A stretch of DNA of 63,623 bases, filler included, from Octopus bimaculoides (taxonomy: Eukaryota): assembly GCF_001194135.2 (NCBI RefSeq). It is 7 parts of 7 records of this genome, joined end to end, with 100 filler letters (N's around TTAATTAATTAA, not from the genome) between each part and the next. Parts side by side here need not be neighbours in the genome. Positions count along the whole stretch, not along the records: positions 21,699 to 42,585 come from NC_068982.1; positions 42,686 to 46,219 come from NC_068986.1; positions 46,320 to 54,462 come from NC_068996.1; 4 more parts are not named here. One strand, written 5' to 3'. The notes under the pieces were generated by a model, which saw nothing but the letters and a program-made list of their open reading frames with translations, ran no database searches and was not told the DNA's origin. Shown here piece after piece: positions 37,961 to 51,903 of the stretch; position 1 is the first letter of the stretch, and each line of letters begins with the position of its first letter. The translations under genes were made by a program, and so were the position numbers.

Positions 37961-38611
37961 ATTTTCTTCTTTTATATAAATATAAACTACAGTTTATATA
38001 CACACCTATTATTTTTAAGAAATCAGTTCCCCCAGAATATTAGGTATTGAACCAGTATTTCCCTGGATGACTCCATCCTTTCATGAGGCTAATATTACCT
38101 CTAATTGAATTATATATATGTATATGTGTGTGTGTATACGATGGACTTCTTTCAGTTTCCGTCTACCAAATCCATTCACCAGGCTTTGGAGTTATAGTAG
38201 AAAACACTTGCCCGAGGTGCCAATCAGTGGGAAGGAAGCTGGAACTATATGGCTGGAAAGCAATCTTCTTATCTCGCAGTCACACCTAAAAAAATAAAAA
38301 GGTGAGATGCTCATGGCTGAGATACTATGTTCGTAGCAACGATTCCGGGAGTAATGGCAAGTATTACATTTAGACAACAGAAACAAACAACAATAACGGC
38401 GTCCAAACAATAATTGCGATCCATTATTCTTACCCCAAGTTGGTCCCTCCACAATCTCTCTGCAACAAATCATAATAAAACCACAAACAAAACACTTCTG
38501 CACACTACACATCATGAAGTCAGTTCACGGACCACATCTACAACCAAGACTACCTGGATCTATGACAGACAGTTTGTTGCCGCAGCAAACTTCGAAGTCA
38601 CCGTTAACAGC

Positions 38612-38950
38612 ATAGGCGTAGCTGTGTGGTAAGAAGCTTGCTTCTCAACCACGTGGTTTTGGGTCCAGTCTCACTACGTGGCACCTTCGGCAAGTGTTTT
38701 CTCCTGTAGCCTCGGGCCAACCAAGGCCTTGTGAGCGGATTTGGTAGAACGGAAACGGAAAGAAGCCTGTCGTGTGTTGTGGGGGGGGGGCGTGTGTGTC
38801 TGTGTGTTTGTGTTTGCCCCAACAACACTTGACAACCGATGTTGGTGTGTTTATATCCCAATAAAAAGAGACCGATAGAATAAGTACTAGGCTTACGATG
38901 AATAAGTTTTGGGATAGATTTCTTCGACTAAAACCTTTTAAGGCGGTGAT
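38612..38950 (+). mobile_element. Abundant tRNA-derived SINE
   Basis: ATAGGCGTAGCTGTGTGGTAAGAAGCTTG head through the GTCGATT-type tail. An opposite-orientation copy lies at about 38095-38288. Confidence 0.85.
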
Positions 38951-39519
38951 CGGGTTCCTATGTCGCCTAAGTACCCAAAATCACGATAATCCCATTGAAT
39001 AGAACGCCAGTCAGTCGCGAGGTTTACTCATTGACAGTAAGGGGAACTGAAGTGTTTTGCTCAGGAACACAACGCACCGCTCGCTCCAGGAATGAAAACC
39101 ACGATCTTGCGATCGTGAGTAGCCTTCACCAGCTTAGACAAACATGATAACGAAACACATAGACTGGCCTCAAACAATGCGCTGGAACAGTAGATAGCGC
39201 ATTAAAACCTAGGCACACGTTGGCCGTCACTGCTGTGGCCATTCTCAGAATTTGTGCGTTTGCGAAGATAGACTGGAACAATGGACAGAGTAGAAATCCA
39301 GATTGTAATACTGGACACTACTGGACTCAATACTGGGCCTCACACTGGACGCCACGTGATTTATTGCTAGTGGCGGTTGTAGTAGGATCCTCAGTAAGCT
39401 GCAGATGTGATGTGTGAAAATAGACCTGTGGACTGGACCTTTGTAAATTCAGTTGGTTGTCTCCGTGCCACAGAATTACTTGATTAAGGGGACTGAACAA
39501 GGAAGACAACAAAAACATC

Positions 39520-39656
39520 ATCATCATCATGATTATCATCATGTTCGTCGTCGACGACGTCGTTGCGTCGTTGTTGTCGTCATCATCATCATCGTCATCG
39601 TCGTCGTCGCGTCGTTGTTGTCGTCATCATCATCATCGTCATCGTCGTCGTCGTCG

Positions 39657-39689
<33 letters not shown>

Positions 39690-39690
39690 C
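39520..39690. repeat. (TCA/TCG)n microsatellite
   Basis: Direct inspection. Confidence 0.9.
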
Positions 39691-40594
39691 TAGAAACTGC
39701 ACTTCCTCATTTTTATATCCTCCTTCTCTCCCAATCTCCCTCTCCCCCCGTCTCTCTCTCCCCTCGCCTTACCAACCTACCTGTCATCCTTCCTCTTTCA
39801 CTTTTCCTCTTAATCACAAACACTTCCTTTCCAATCCCTCCCTCTCGCCACTTTCCCACCCACTGTCACATGACTGCTGTCTGACGCCATTCCAAATCAC
39901 CAATGCCAAACCAATCACCAGCACTCTCCCATATTCTTCCCCATACACTACATAATAAATATACAACCACCAACACCACCACACCTCTAACCACTACCCA
40001 CACTACTACCCACCATAAATGACAGCTGACCAACACTACACGCCAGACGAACCTATACCACCATGTGCAAACATCTCTTCTGGTTTGTTTTGTGTGTAGT
40101 ATATGAATTGTTACATACGTAAGTATACATGTATGCGTGTACACACGTACACACACATATACATGTATGTATATATATATATNNNNNNNNNNNNNNNNNN
40201 NNNNNNNNNNNNNNNNNNNNNNNNNNNNNNNNNNNNNNNNNNNNNNNNNNNNNNNNNNNNNNNNNNNNNNNNNNNNNNNNNNNNNNNNNNNNNNNNNNNN
40301 NNNNNNNNNNNNNNNNNNNNNNNNNNNNNNNNNNNNNNNNNNNNNNNNNNNNNNNNNNNNNNNNNNNNNNNNNNNNNNNNNNNNNNNNNNNNNNNNNNNN
40401 NNNNNNNNNNNNNNNNNNNNNNNNNNNNNNNNNNNNNNNNNNNNNNNNNNNNNNNNNNNNNNNNNNNNNNNNNNNNNNNNNNNNNNNNNNNNNNNNNNNN
40501 NNNNNNNNNNNNNNNNNNNNNNNNNNNNNNNNNNNNNNNNNNNNNNNNNNNNNNNNNNNNNNNNNNNNNNNNNNNNNNNNNNNNNNNNNNNNNN

Positions 40595-40645
<51 letters not shown>

Positions 40646-41476
40646 AATACACTTACATTTATAGATATATATACACTTACATACACACACACACACACAC
40701 ATACACTTACATATATATAAATATATATATTATATATAAACTTACGTATATAAATGCATGCGCGCGCGCGCGTATATATATGAGAGTGTCTATAGACAGA
40801 GATACGTTGTGTAAATATGAAGCAAGATTTCATTAATACGTGTTTACTTGAATAAACATCAGGGAAGTCTTTTAACCAATTTAGTGTTCGAGCGTTGTCC
40901 TTCTGTAACTACTCGTTTACTTAGTATACGAAAGGGAGAGAGAGAGAGAGAGGGAGAGAAAGTGTGTGTGTATGTGTGTGTGATACTTTCACAATGCAGA
41001 AGACGTGTCTAGTCGATCATTCAACGATATATTTCACCTCTCTTTACATTACTAGAAGCAAACCGTCACTAGAATTAACAGCCATGGGCTCGTAGCAACC
41101 ATAGATTACACGCTTTGGTCTAGCAATATAGGTTTGATGGTGGTGAGAAGAAATATATAACGGCGTTGTATCGCTGAAGTAGCGACTTACTGGGAATACC
41201 CAGCATTCAGGGCCAAAGATTCCGTTGTAGAGGTTCGTTTGATTCAATGTGGAGCGGTGTCTGTTCCGTGCTGAAGATAAATCGTCGTATATCGGAATGG
41301 TTTCATGCAACATGCTCGGTCGCTCAACGGTGTTTTCCTTCATCGCTCCACCTATGCATGTATACAAAGACATACAACGAGTACCAAACACTTGCATGTG
41401 AGACGCTTGAACAACTGCGAAGACCTCTTCACATGAAACCACTGGTTGCCTTGTTAACCCATAAATTACACACACA

Positions 41477-41515
<39 letters not shown>

Positions 41516-41654
41516 TAAAAGCATAGAGTCAGGAGAGAAGAGTGGTGAATATAGATTTTTTTCCATATGAGCTCCATATGATTACTGCCGTTTCGTAATC
41601 TTTGTCGTCACTTATGTGCTTATGATTTGCGATTTAAAATATCTGTGATGGTTA

Positions 41655-42120
41655 CAGCAGCAACCATCACAGACCTGGACTTCGCAGATGATATAACACT
41701 CATATCTAATAAAATAGATCAAGCACAATCGCTGCTCAGCAGACCAGAAACATCAGCTGCTAAAATCATACTGCACAGAAATGTCTAAAAAACCGAGTAT
41801 ATGTCTTTCAACCAATCAAGTGATGCTGAAATATTTGCTTTGAGCGGTTCCAAACCGAATGTTGCTGAAGACATCAAGTATTTGGCTGGCTGAGTGGGCA
41901 GTTCGGAAGCAGACATCAAGATCAGGAAGGCACAAGCACGGACAGCCTGTCACAAAGTAAAGAAAATCTGGACTTCCAAATTGCCCAGGCAAACCAAATG
42001 AAGCTGTTCGTTGCAACTGTCGAATCAATGCTATTATATAATAGTGAAACATGGACACTGACAAGGAAATTGTCAAACAGGCTAGAGGGATGCTACACAA
42101 GGAATCTACGAATGGCCCCA
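41655..42120 (+). mobile_element. RTE-clade LINE reverse transcriptase fragment
   Basis: Manual translation: TDLDFADDITLIS..QAQSLL..KTEYM..DIKYL..DIKIRKAQA..KIWTSKL..LFVATVESMLLYNSETWTL..RLEGCYTRNLRMA, with stops and a frameshift. Confidence 0.85.
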
Positions 42121-42779
42121 AATGTATGCATGCATACATAATATACATGCATGCACACACAGACACACAGACACACAGACACACAAACAAACACACGTGT
42201 ATATGTATATACGTACGCCACACACACATACACACATACACATTTACAAACTCAAACACAGACAGACAGACTGACAGAGGGGGATTAATTAATCTACACA
42301 AACATGCTTTATGATGGGTTTACATGTTTTTGTTTGTAAGTATGCGCGTATGCCTACATGCGTGAGCAACGGTTTATACATGCATGCATTCATGTTCTTA
42401 TCTATACTATATATAAAACAGAGATGTGTGTGTAATCGCTTTTCACGTGAAATCGACTTCACCAAATGCTTCCATACTTGTAATGCATGAATAATTTGAC
42501 CTCGGATAAATCTTAGGCTCTTCATTTGATTTTTTTAATTAAAAATAAATAATATTGCTTTATATTTAAGATTCATTTCTTTAAANNNNNNNNNNNNNNN
42601 NNNNNNNNNNNNNNNNNNNNNNNNNNNNNTTAATTAATTAANNNNNNNNNNNNNNNNNNNNNNNNNNNNNNNNNNNNNNNNNNNNACTACATTCTTGCAT
42701 AAGAATAATAAATATATGTCTATCAATCTATCAATCTGTCTATCATCTTGGTTTAAGAATAATGAATAGATATCTGTGC

Positions 42780-43052
42780 CCCTGGACTGGCTCTTGTGTG
42801 GGTGGTACATAATATACACCATTTCGAGCGTGGCCGTTGCCAGTACCACCTGACTGGCCTTCATGCCAGTGGCACGTAAAAGCACCCACTACACTCTCGG
42901 AGTGGTTGGTGTTAGGAAGGGCATCCAGCTGTAGAAACTCTGCCAAATCGGATTGGAGCCTGATGTAGCCACCTGGTCACCAGTCCTCAGTCAAATCGTC
43001 CAACCCATGCTAGCATGGAAAGCGGACGTTTAAAGATGATGATGATGATGAT
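42780..43052 (+). mobile_element. (ATG)n-tailed retroposon fragment
   Basis: Same family as 5995-6205. Confidence 0.85.
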
Positions 43053-43402
43053 CTATCTCTGCACTTCCCTCTACTCCGTGTTCCCCACATTTAAAAGAAA
43101 TACATGAACATCACAACATCCTGTTCCACCTCTTCTATTTCATCATTTTCACATCTACTTTTCTATGCGTGAATGGATTGAATGGAGATTACTGAGGCAA
43201 ATTTTTCTATGGCCGGATGTCTTCCCTGTTGCCAACCCTCACCTGTTTCCACGCAACGAAATATTTCTCTATGTCTAGATATGTTCTCACAGAGAAATGG
43301 AAATGAATGATACTGCATGTATGACAGTAACACAAACATACAAAAACTCACATACACCACACAAATATATATGTGGAATTTGAACACAGAACATAGCGAC
43401 AG

Positions 43403-43433
<31 letters not shown>

Positions 43434-44235
43434 TATCATTATAACAATGGTTTCAAATATTGGCATAAGGCCAGCAGTTTCAAGGAGGGGTAAGTTAATT
43501 ACATCAAACTCAGTTCTCAATTGGTACTTATTCTATTGACCCAGAAAGGATGGAAATCAAAGCTGACCTCAGCAGAATTTGAACTCAGAATGTAAAGACA
43601 AATAATATTTAGTTTGATTTTTATCAAAGTGAAGGATTTCCTTTCATTGTACGGAAGACCTTGAAAGTAATAAATTTTTCACAAATATAATGACTGAAAT
43701 TCAATAGCATAAATATAAAGATAACAATCGTTAGAGGGACGAAAAGTGAAATGACGCAAGAAAAAGAAGTATGTGGCAAAAGGAAGGGCCAAAGTAAACT
43801 AAGACAACAGTGGTTGAGAGCTGATCTCTGGATGCTTAACCTTGCAAACAAGATGCCAAAGATTGCTGCAGATGGAGACAAGCTGTGTTGAGAGAGTGAC
43901 CCATCTATTTCCCATGCCATCATGGAAAAACGAACGTGATGATGATGATGATAGTGTTGTTGGTGATGATATATAAGGCTCTCTTATCAAGTGGAAATCC
44001 TGTTGTGTTATAAATATTGTACTATATATATATATATATATATATATNNNNNNNNNNNNNNNNNNNNNNNNNNNNNNNNNNNNNNNNACTATGGAAATCT
44101 TGTACAATGGAACTATATTTCAACATTTTAAATTTGATGATCGATCATATATTATAAGGGATTCAAGCGGTGTAGTAAATTTCCTCTGAATTTCCTTTAC
44201 AGTATGAAATCCTGTAGTGTAGTACATTTCCTTCC

Positions 44236-44285
<50 letters not shown>

Positions 44286-45085
44286 CATTCTGCATTTCTG
44301 CAAACATTAATTCTAGTTTCCCCATCTGTATGGAAGCCCTAACGTATAAATTCATTGCTCTCTACCAAGAAAATCTAGTACAGTTTGAAAAAAATACATA
44401 AATAAAAGCGGAGTCAATTGTATGGAAGTCCGGTAGTGTAATAAAGTTACATGCATGTAGCAAGAATATAACGTACAGTAACAAAAATAAGAACTTATAC
44501 TCATAACAAATTCTATATTATAACATGATAGGAGTAAGACATTGTATTGCTCCAATTGTATAGAATGTTCATAGTGTAATAATTTTACTTCTTTATTTTA
44601 AGTAAATCGCAATACTCCACGAAAAAAAAAAAAGATGACAATTACAAAAAATGAATAAATAAATAAATAAATAAATAACAAGGAGTGAAAGAATGGGAAA
44701 GTGAAAAGACCACAAGGAAAAGAAATCTCCAGAACATTTCCACGTCTCCATTTCTGCTCCGCCCACCTCTCCATTGTATGGAAGTTCTGTAGTGCAATAA
44801 ACAAAATGTTTCCAGCATTCAAAAGCAACAAAAGTGATTTAACAAGACTTAAAGAATAGTGCCAGCTATGTTAGCTTTTATGCAGGAGAAAAATATCAAT
44901 AGACAAATGCCAGCACCGATTAAAATGATTTAAATTGATGGTAGGCAATAAATCATGGCAGTAAACAGAGGAGAATCTTCCTGGAGTTTGGTGGGTTGCT
45001 AAAAACGACCTCTGACCATTTTAGTTGCCACGGCAAAGGGTACAGAGTGAATGTGTTTAATGAATGAAAAACAATGAATGAATGT

Positions 45086-45125
<40 letters not shown>

Positions 45126-46319
45126 ATAAGGATGCATGTGGAGAAAGCGTAAGCACGTGTGTTTTAAGTGACATTTTCATAAGGTGCTCTGAGCAACAAA
45201 GTATGCAAAAATGTGTGTGTACATGTATGTGAGCATAGAAAAACACATGTGGGAGGGAGTATGTATACGACATTAGTAAAGTGACTATTTTGAAGTTGTA
45301 ATGAGCAAATCTGAGTGTCTGTATGTATGTGTGTGTATATGCACATGTGAGACAGAGAGAGCTGTGTGCATGTGTGTGTGCGCATACATCTGTGAAAGAG
45401 ATAGTTACTCAGTGCATACACACACAAAAAAAAAATAATCTAACCAATTAAACATGTGCAACTTGATTGCATGTGGGAGCTGTGTGTCTCTTTGTGCAAG
45501 TGTATTTGTGCAAGTGTATTTGTGCAAATGTATTTGTGCAAGTGTATATATTATATTTGCTGTGATGTGTAACTTTGTATATACACCTATAGAGGACATG
45601 TAGATGTGTTTGTGTGTGTGTACATATACACATACATACATACATATATATACACACATATATATACATATATATATATATATACACACAAACACACACA
45701 TATATATATATACACATACACACATACATATATACATGTATATGTATACATATATATATCTGGCTGGGTAACCATGTGCCTCCTCTACAGTAAAACACCT
45801 GTTTCTGCCCCCGTCTCACTTAAGCCTTTCATCATTTGACACAAGATCACCTCTTCCAATGCCCCTTCTCCTCTCAAAGGATCTTTGTCTTGCAAGTTAT
45901 TTGGTGACCATGCTAGTGTTGGTGCCACGTAAAAGGCATCCAGTCCACACTGTAAAACGGTTGGCATTTGGAAGGGCACCTAGCTGTAAAAACCATGCCA
46001 AAACTGATCTCACTTGCACTCACGTCACATAAAAAGTACTCTGTCCATTCTGCTGGGTGGTTGGTATTAGGAAGGACATCCAGCTGGAAAAACAGTGCTA
46101 AAACAGACACAGAAGTCTGGTGCAGCCTCCTGTCTGGTCAGCTCCTGTCAAACTGTCCAACCCATGCCTGCATGCAAGGAATACATAATGACACACACAC
46201 ATATATATATATATATATANNNNNNNNNNNNNNNNNNNNNNNNNNNNNNNNNNNNNNNNNNNNTTAATTAATTAANNNNNNNNNNNNNNNNNNNNNNNNN
46301 NNNNNNNNNNNNNNNNNNN

Positions 46320-46600
46320 GATCTTTATATTTGCTCAGTTTTTGGTAGGTCTTGAGAGATACGTTAATATCGATTGGGACAGTCATATCAATGAGGAGGC
46401 ATGATTTTTGTCTGAAGTCTTTCAGTATGATGTCTGGCCTATTTGCGTCTATCCTTCTGTCAGTATGAATGGTGAAGTTCCAGAGGAGTGCGATGTGATC
46501 ATTTTCAAGTACTGGGGGTGGTTTGTGTTCCCACCAGTTTTTATTATGGGGCAAGTCCAGGTTTTTGCAAATTACCCAGTGAATATATTGTGCAGCTCTA
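46320..46600 (-). mobile_element. R4/Dong-like LINE restriction-like endonuclease fragment
   Basis: WWEHKPPPVLEND..LLWNFTIHTDRRIDANRPDIILKD..CLLIDMTVPID.N..KLSKYKD, the RPD..ID..P..K RLE motif. Confidence 0.88.
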
Positions 46601-47034
46601 TCATGCCTGTTGAGATATTATTATTGTTATTATTATTATTATTATTCAGGTTACTGCTTGGAATCGAACTCGGAATCTTGGGGTTAGTAGCGATATGCTC
46701 GTGGGCAATTATGAAATGAATTTTAGGGCTTATAAATCTAATATTCCCCTATCCTTCCTTACTACTGTTTCCCATATGCTGTTCATATCTGCACTCGGTC
46801 TGCTTAGGAGGTTGTTGTGTCCTAGCATATGTACTGCTTTTCTTAGTTTTCGTATTTTCCACTAGTGTTCTCTGTCTATTATTTTAACTTCATCCCACAG
46901 GGGAAGGTGGTCTCCATTTTTCGAAACGTTGTGTCAACAACAAACAAGATGAGGACAAAATATCCGTCAAACGTAAATAATGTAAATAATGTACATAATT
47001 CCTCATCTCTTAAATATAGAACTAAATATCAATT

Positions 47035-47290
47035 TCAAATTTTGGAAAAACCCAGCAATTTGAAGGAAGTAAGTCAGTCGATTACACCGACCCCAGTGCT
47101 TAACTAGTTCTTATTTTATCGACCCCCGAAAGGATGAATGTCAAAGTCGACCTCGTCAAAATTTGATTTCAGAAAGTGAAGTCGGGAGAAATACCACTAA
47201 GCATTTTCTTCCGGCGCGGTAACGATTCTGCTAGTTAGCCGCCTTGATGTAATAAATATCGGCTTCAAATTTTGGCACAAGGCCTTCATT
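47035..47290 (-). mobile_element. tRNA-derived SINE (same family as 48845-49995)
   Basis: Reverse complement of head, core and tail. Confidence 0.85.
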
Positions 47291-47537
47291 TTGATGCAAG
47301 TAAATAACGAAAATATTCTAAAGGTCACTTGGTTGAAACTAGCATCATTAGATGTTTCTCAAGAAATTATACCAATATTTTGATGTTATTTTTTTTTTCC
47401 TGCAAAAGAGACAAGATGAAGCTGAGAATTCGTGCTTTTTGGGACTATTCCATTTTGTTCTGTGACGTTCTGTCATTTATCTTTTATTCTTCCTCAATTC
47501 ATGATTTTGTCAGGCACTTTTTGATAATATTTTATAA

Positions 47538-47830
47538 AGTAATCCCTCGCCGTATCGAGGTTCACCTATCACGCAGTCAGTACATCGCGGTTCACCTATC
47601 GCTCACTCATTACATCGCGGATTTTCTCGCTAATACATGCAAATTTATATCGCGGACTCCTCAGTATATCACGAGTTTCAGCGGCCGATAGATAATTATA
47701 TTCTTTTAGATTTTAATTAATTCTTTGTGGTTTTTGGAACTCAACACCCGCGATATATATATGCTGCATTTTGAGCTCAAAAAATATTTCATGCTTCTAT
47801 TATAAGATGCCGAGAAAGATGAAGTATTCA
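47538..47830. mobile_element. Tigger-like terminal/MITE fragment
   Basis: TA + AGTAATCCCTCGCCGTATCGAGGTTCACCTATC with repeated ATCGCGG subterminal motifs resembles Tigger-type ends. No partner TIR found. Confidence 0.45.
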
Positions 47831-48063
47831 TCACAAATCTAGTCAATGCATAGATTTAATAAAAGCAATAAAACCGGTGTGCGAGAGGGGGAAATAGTAA
47901 TCGATTACATCGATCCCAGCGTTTGATTGGCATATCATTTAAACGTCATAGAAATATTGATTATTATGCAATGATATAAAGCACCAAATTTAAGAAAGGT
48001 GTATTATTGATCATATCAAACACAGTACTTGAAAAATTCTGAGAAATATCATCATCATCATCA

Positions 48064-48122
<59 letters not shown>

Positions 48123-48680
48123 GAGTGAGAGAGCAGCGAATACCACTAAAGTGACACTGGAGTACAAGTATACAAAACCCAATATACCTAGCATGACTAC
48201 CCGTCTGATAAGAGTAAATCAGGCACATGCATCACAACCATATGTGCGCGACATGGTGATCTCATATCAAGATAGGCAGGGCATGACCTTGCAAGTGGAG
48301 CCCTGTTAGAATTTACTTCAGGTCGAATAGCCCATCCCGCTCAAAAGGTCCCTGAATAAGGGTTGTCTAAGGATGTTGAGCAAAACATTCATGTTTCCAA
48401 AGGTGAATTATTCAAACCCCAAAGAACTCCCCTCTACACATAGCTATGATGCTCCCCCACTACTTCTGCTCGTGATCAGAGATGCACATATCGTCAGCCA
48501 CCAAGGGACATGCTCAACTGGTTAAGGTCAAACAACTGACAAGCAAATCTGTGGTATTGAGCAGAATATTTGCTGTAGCCCATCTTTTATACCAAGACAA
48601 AACAACGTACATGATAACACTTCCAATCAATTAAGATCAGAAGCCATGAGAGCCACTGCCCTCAGACTGCATCGGGGTAC
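48123..48680 (-). repeat. Unclassified interspersed repeat (~550 bp) ending in an (AAT)n tail
   Basis: Bounded by triplet microsatellites on both sides, with a retroposon-like (AAT)n tail at 48050-48122. That it is a repeat family is recalled, not demonstrated within the window. Confidence 0.45.
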
Positions 48681-48720
48681 TTACTACTACTACTACTACT
48701 ACTACCACTACTACTACTAT

Positions 48721-48767
<47 letters not shown>

Positions 48768-48844
48768 TTATTATTATTATTATTATTATTGTTATTATTA
48801 TTATTATTATTAATATTATTATTATTATTATTATCATTATTGTT

Positions 48845-49995
48845 AATGCGACGAGTTGGCGAAATCGTTAGCATTCCAGGCGAAATGCTTAGCCATATTT
48901 CATCTGTCTTCGTGGCGTTTACAGTTCAAATTCCACCGAGATCGACTTTGCCTTTCATCCTTTCGAGATCGATGAAATAATTACCAATTGAGTACTTGAG
49001 ATCGATGTAATCGATTAACCTCCTCCTCCTCCTCCAAATTTCAGGCCTTGTGCCCATAGTGGAAAGGATTAGTAAGTCAACAAGCTGACTTAGTATTGAT
49101 AGCATTTTGCACGCCGGGCAAAATATTTAGCGGCATTGCCTCAATCTTTAGTTTCTAAGTTCAAATTCTGCCTTTCATCCTTCCAGGCTTGATAAAATAA
49201 GTACCAGGTGAATACTGGGGTCGTTATTATCGATTGTCGCCCTCTCCTAAATTTTCAGGTTTTGTGCCTGTAGTAGAAAGGATTACTTTTATTAATAAGG
49301 TGGGTGGTTGGTAGAATCGTTACCGCTCCGGGTAAAACACATAGCAACATTTCTTTTGGCTCTTTCCAAAAAGAATAAAAGAAACAATCAACTGAGGTCG
49401 ACTCGGGCGTAAGTCCTCCAAATTAAGGAAGGAAGCTAATCCGTTTATATCGACATCGGGATCGATGTAATCGATTTAACTACTTCCTTAAAATTGCTGA
49501 CCCTGTGCTAAAATTTTAAACCAATACTATTGTTATTATTAAAGCAGCGAAAAAGGCGGCAAGTTGGTAGAATCATTAGCACGTTCAGTGAAATGTTTTG
49601 CAGTATTTCGTCTGCCGTTACGTTCTGAGTTCAAATCCCGCCGAGGTCGACTTTGCCTTTCATCCTTTCGGGGTCAATAAATTAAGTATCAGTCCCCCTC
49701 CCCACAAAATCAAGTACCAACTGTCTCCCTCCCCACAAAATCCAAGCTTTGTGTCTATAGTAGAAAAGATTATTAAGACAGCGAACCGGCAGAACCATTA
49801 GCACGCCGGGCAAAATTCTTAGCGGCATTTCGTCTGTCTTTACGTTCTGAGTTCAAATCCCGCCGAGGTTGGCTTTGCCTTTCATCCTTACGGGGTCGAG
49901 GAACTAAGTACCAGTGGAACACTGGGTTCGATATAATCAACAAACACCACCCCACCAAATTTCAGGTCGTGTGCCTATAGTAGAAAGGATTATTA
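48845..49995 (+). mobile_element. Head-to-tail array of five ~220-bp tRNA-derived SINEs
   Basis: Units start at about 48845, 49075, 49295, 49553 and 49775. Each has an A-box-like TGG(C/T)AGAATC.TTAGC, a mostly GTTCAAAT B-box and an ending like TAGTAGAAAGGATTATT. Confidence 0.9.
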
Positions 49996-50129
49996 TTAGT
50001 ATTGTTATTATCATTATTGATTTTACATTTTGCGGGAGGGGATATATCGACAAGATATTTTTAGCTAATCTTTGAAACCCGTATTTGTTATTATTGTATT
50101 AAATTATAGTGAGTAATGTTGCTAACTAA

Positions 50130-50285
50130 TGGTGGCTGTGTGGTAAGTAGCTTGCTTTCCAATCACGTGGTTCCCGTTTCAGCCCTACTGCGTGGCACCT
50201 TCGGTAAGTCTTTTCTACTATAGCCTTGGGCCGACCAAAGCCTTGTGAGTGGATTTCGTAGACGGAAACTGAAAGAAGCCCACCG

Positions 50286-50353
<68 letters not shown>

Positions 50354-50550
50354 TGTTTCTTTGTACCCCGCCACAGCTTCACAACCAGCGTTGGAGTATC
50401 TACGTCCCAGTAAATTAGCGATTCGGCGAGAGCGATTGATAGAATAAGTGCTAGGCTTAAAAAAAAGAAAACTTAAAATTAAAAAGTTTTTACGGCGGTG
50501 CCCCAGCATGGCCGCAGTCTAATGACGTAAAAAAATTGGGGATAAAAGAA
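50130..50550 (+). mobile_element. Abundant tRNA-derived SINE, full length
   Basis: GGTGGCTGTGTGGTAAGTAGCTTGC head to CAGCATGGCCGCAGTC tail. Further copies at about 52545-52857(+), 54250-54410(+), 56870-57240(-), 57900-58330(-), 58790-58955(+) and 59280-59410(-). Confidence 0.88.
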
Positions 50551-50634
50551 AACAAACTGATGTGTTACGTTTGACATACTTATACCATGAATATATATAT
50601 TTGCGTGTGTGTGTGTGCGTGCGTGTGTGTGTAT

Positions 50635-50671
<37 letters not shown>

Positions 50672-51546
50672 AGTAAATTGCTTGTGAGAATGTGCATTTA
50701 ATGGTTTATTAAATGGCCAATATTTGACTTTAAAAACTGTAATATTACGCATATAATAAGAAAGACATTTTGCAGCCAGTAGTTTTTCAGACTACGAAAT
50801 TGTAAATTACAGTTTTACTGAGCTTCATGTATTGTTTATTTATTTTTTTTATTTTTAGACGAATATATCGACTGTATCATTTTATTGTTTAGTCGATTCT
50901 ACCAACGTCTTAAATCCTACCGGCCGACCAGTTATTATATTTCCGACTTTTACGTATTTTATAGATCTCAGAAAAATGAAAAATCAAATCACAACACAAG
51001 CTTGATTGAACTCAGAACATAAACAGAAGCGACCAAATAACCAAATTCAATAAGGTATTTTTGCCTGGCGCTGTAGCGATTCTGCCATTCACTCACCTAA
51101 TGTAAACTGAAAATAATAAGAGCCGACCAATTGAAATAGACATGTAATTCTGTAATTCTTGTCTTCCCACTATAATTTATCTCTTGTGTTTATTCGCTTT
51201 CCTAACATTTCTGCGGCCATTGACAATATGAATATTCAATGTTATAAAACTATGCATTATACGCAGTTAAGTGTTCATAACGATGATGGGGAGATGGGGG
51301 CGGAAGGGGTTAACCAATTATGAAAATATTTGCCCCAATAAATAAACAAATAAATAGCTTCTGATCGTATGTCGTTTGCCTCGGTTGTCATGGAAATTAT
51401 GGCAGTGTCGTGTGTATGGATGGCATCGAAATCTGTAATAGTTTCTGTCTGCTTGGTGGCCGAGACTGAATATAGATGGGGATGTGAATATAGATAAAGC
51501 TATAGGGAGAGAGCGGGAGGCAGAGAAAGAGAGAGAGAGGGGGAGC

Positions 51547-51580
<34 letters not shown>

Positions 51581-51766
51581 AAGAGAGAGAGAGAGAGATA
51601 GAGTGGTAGAGGAAGTGTTAGAATGAGGATGACATAGGGGAACAGTAAGGAAAGTGAAGTTAGAGATATAGACCGAAGTATTCAGAAATCGTAGAAGTAT
51701 GGAAGCATGTTTACACACACAGACACACACACACACACACACAAACACACACAAACACACACAAGC

Positions 51767-51798
<32 letters not shown>

Positions 51799-51868
51799 AC
51801 AAACACAGACACAAACATGCACATACATACATACATACATACATCCATACATACAATATAAATGTATG

Positions 51869-51903
<35 letters not shown>

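Noticed and set aside
33573-51397. RFX X-box-like motifs GTTTCCATAGTGAC (33573) and GTTGTCATGGAAAT (51384)
   Set aside because: Single imperfect matches, expected by chance or within transposon ends.
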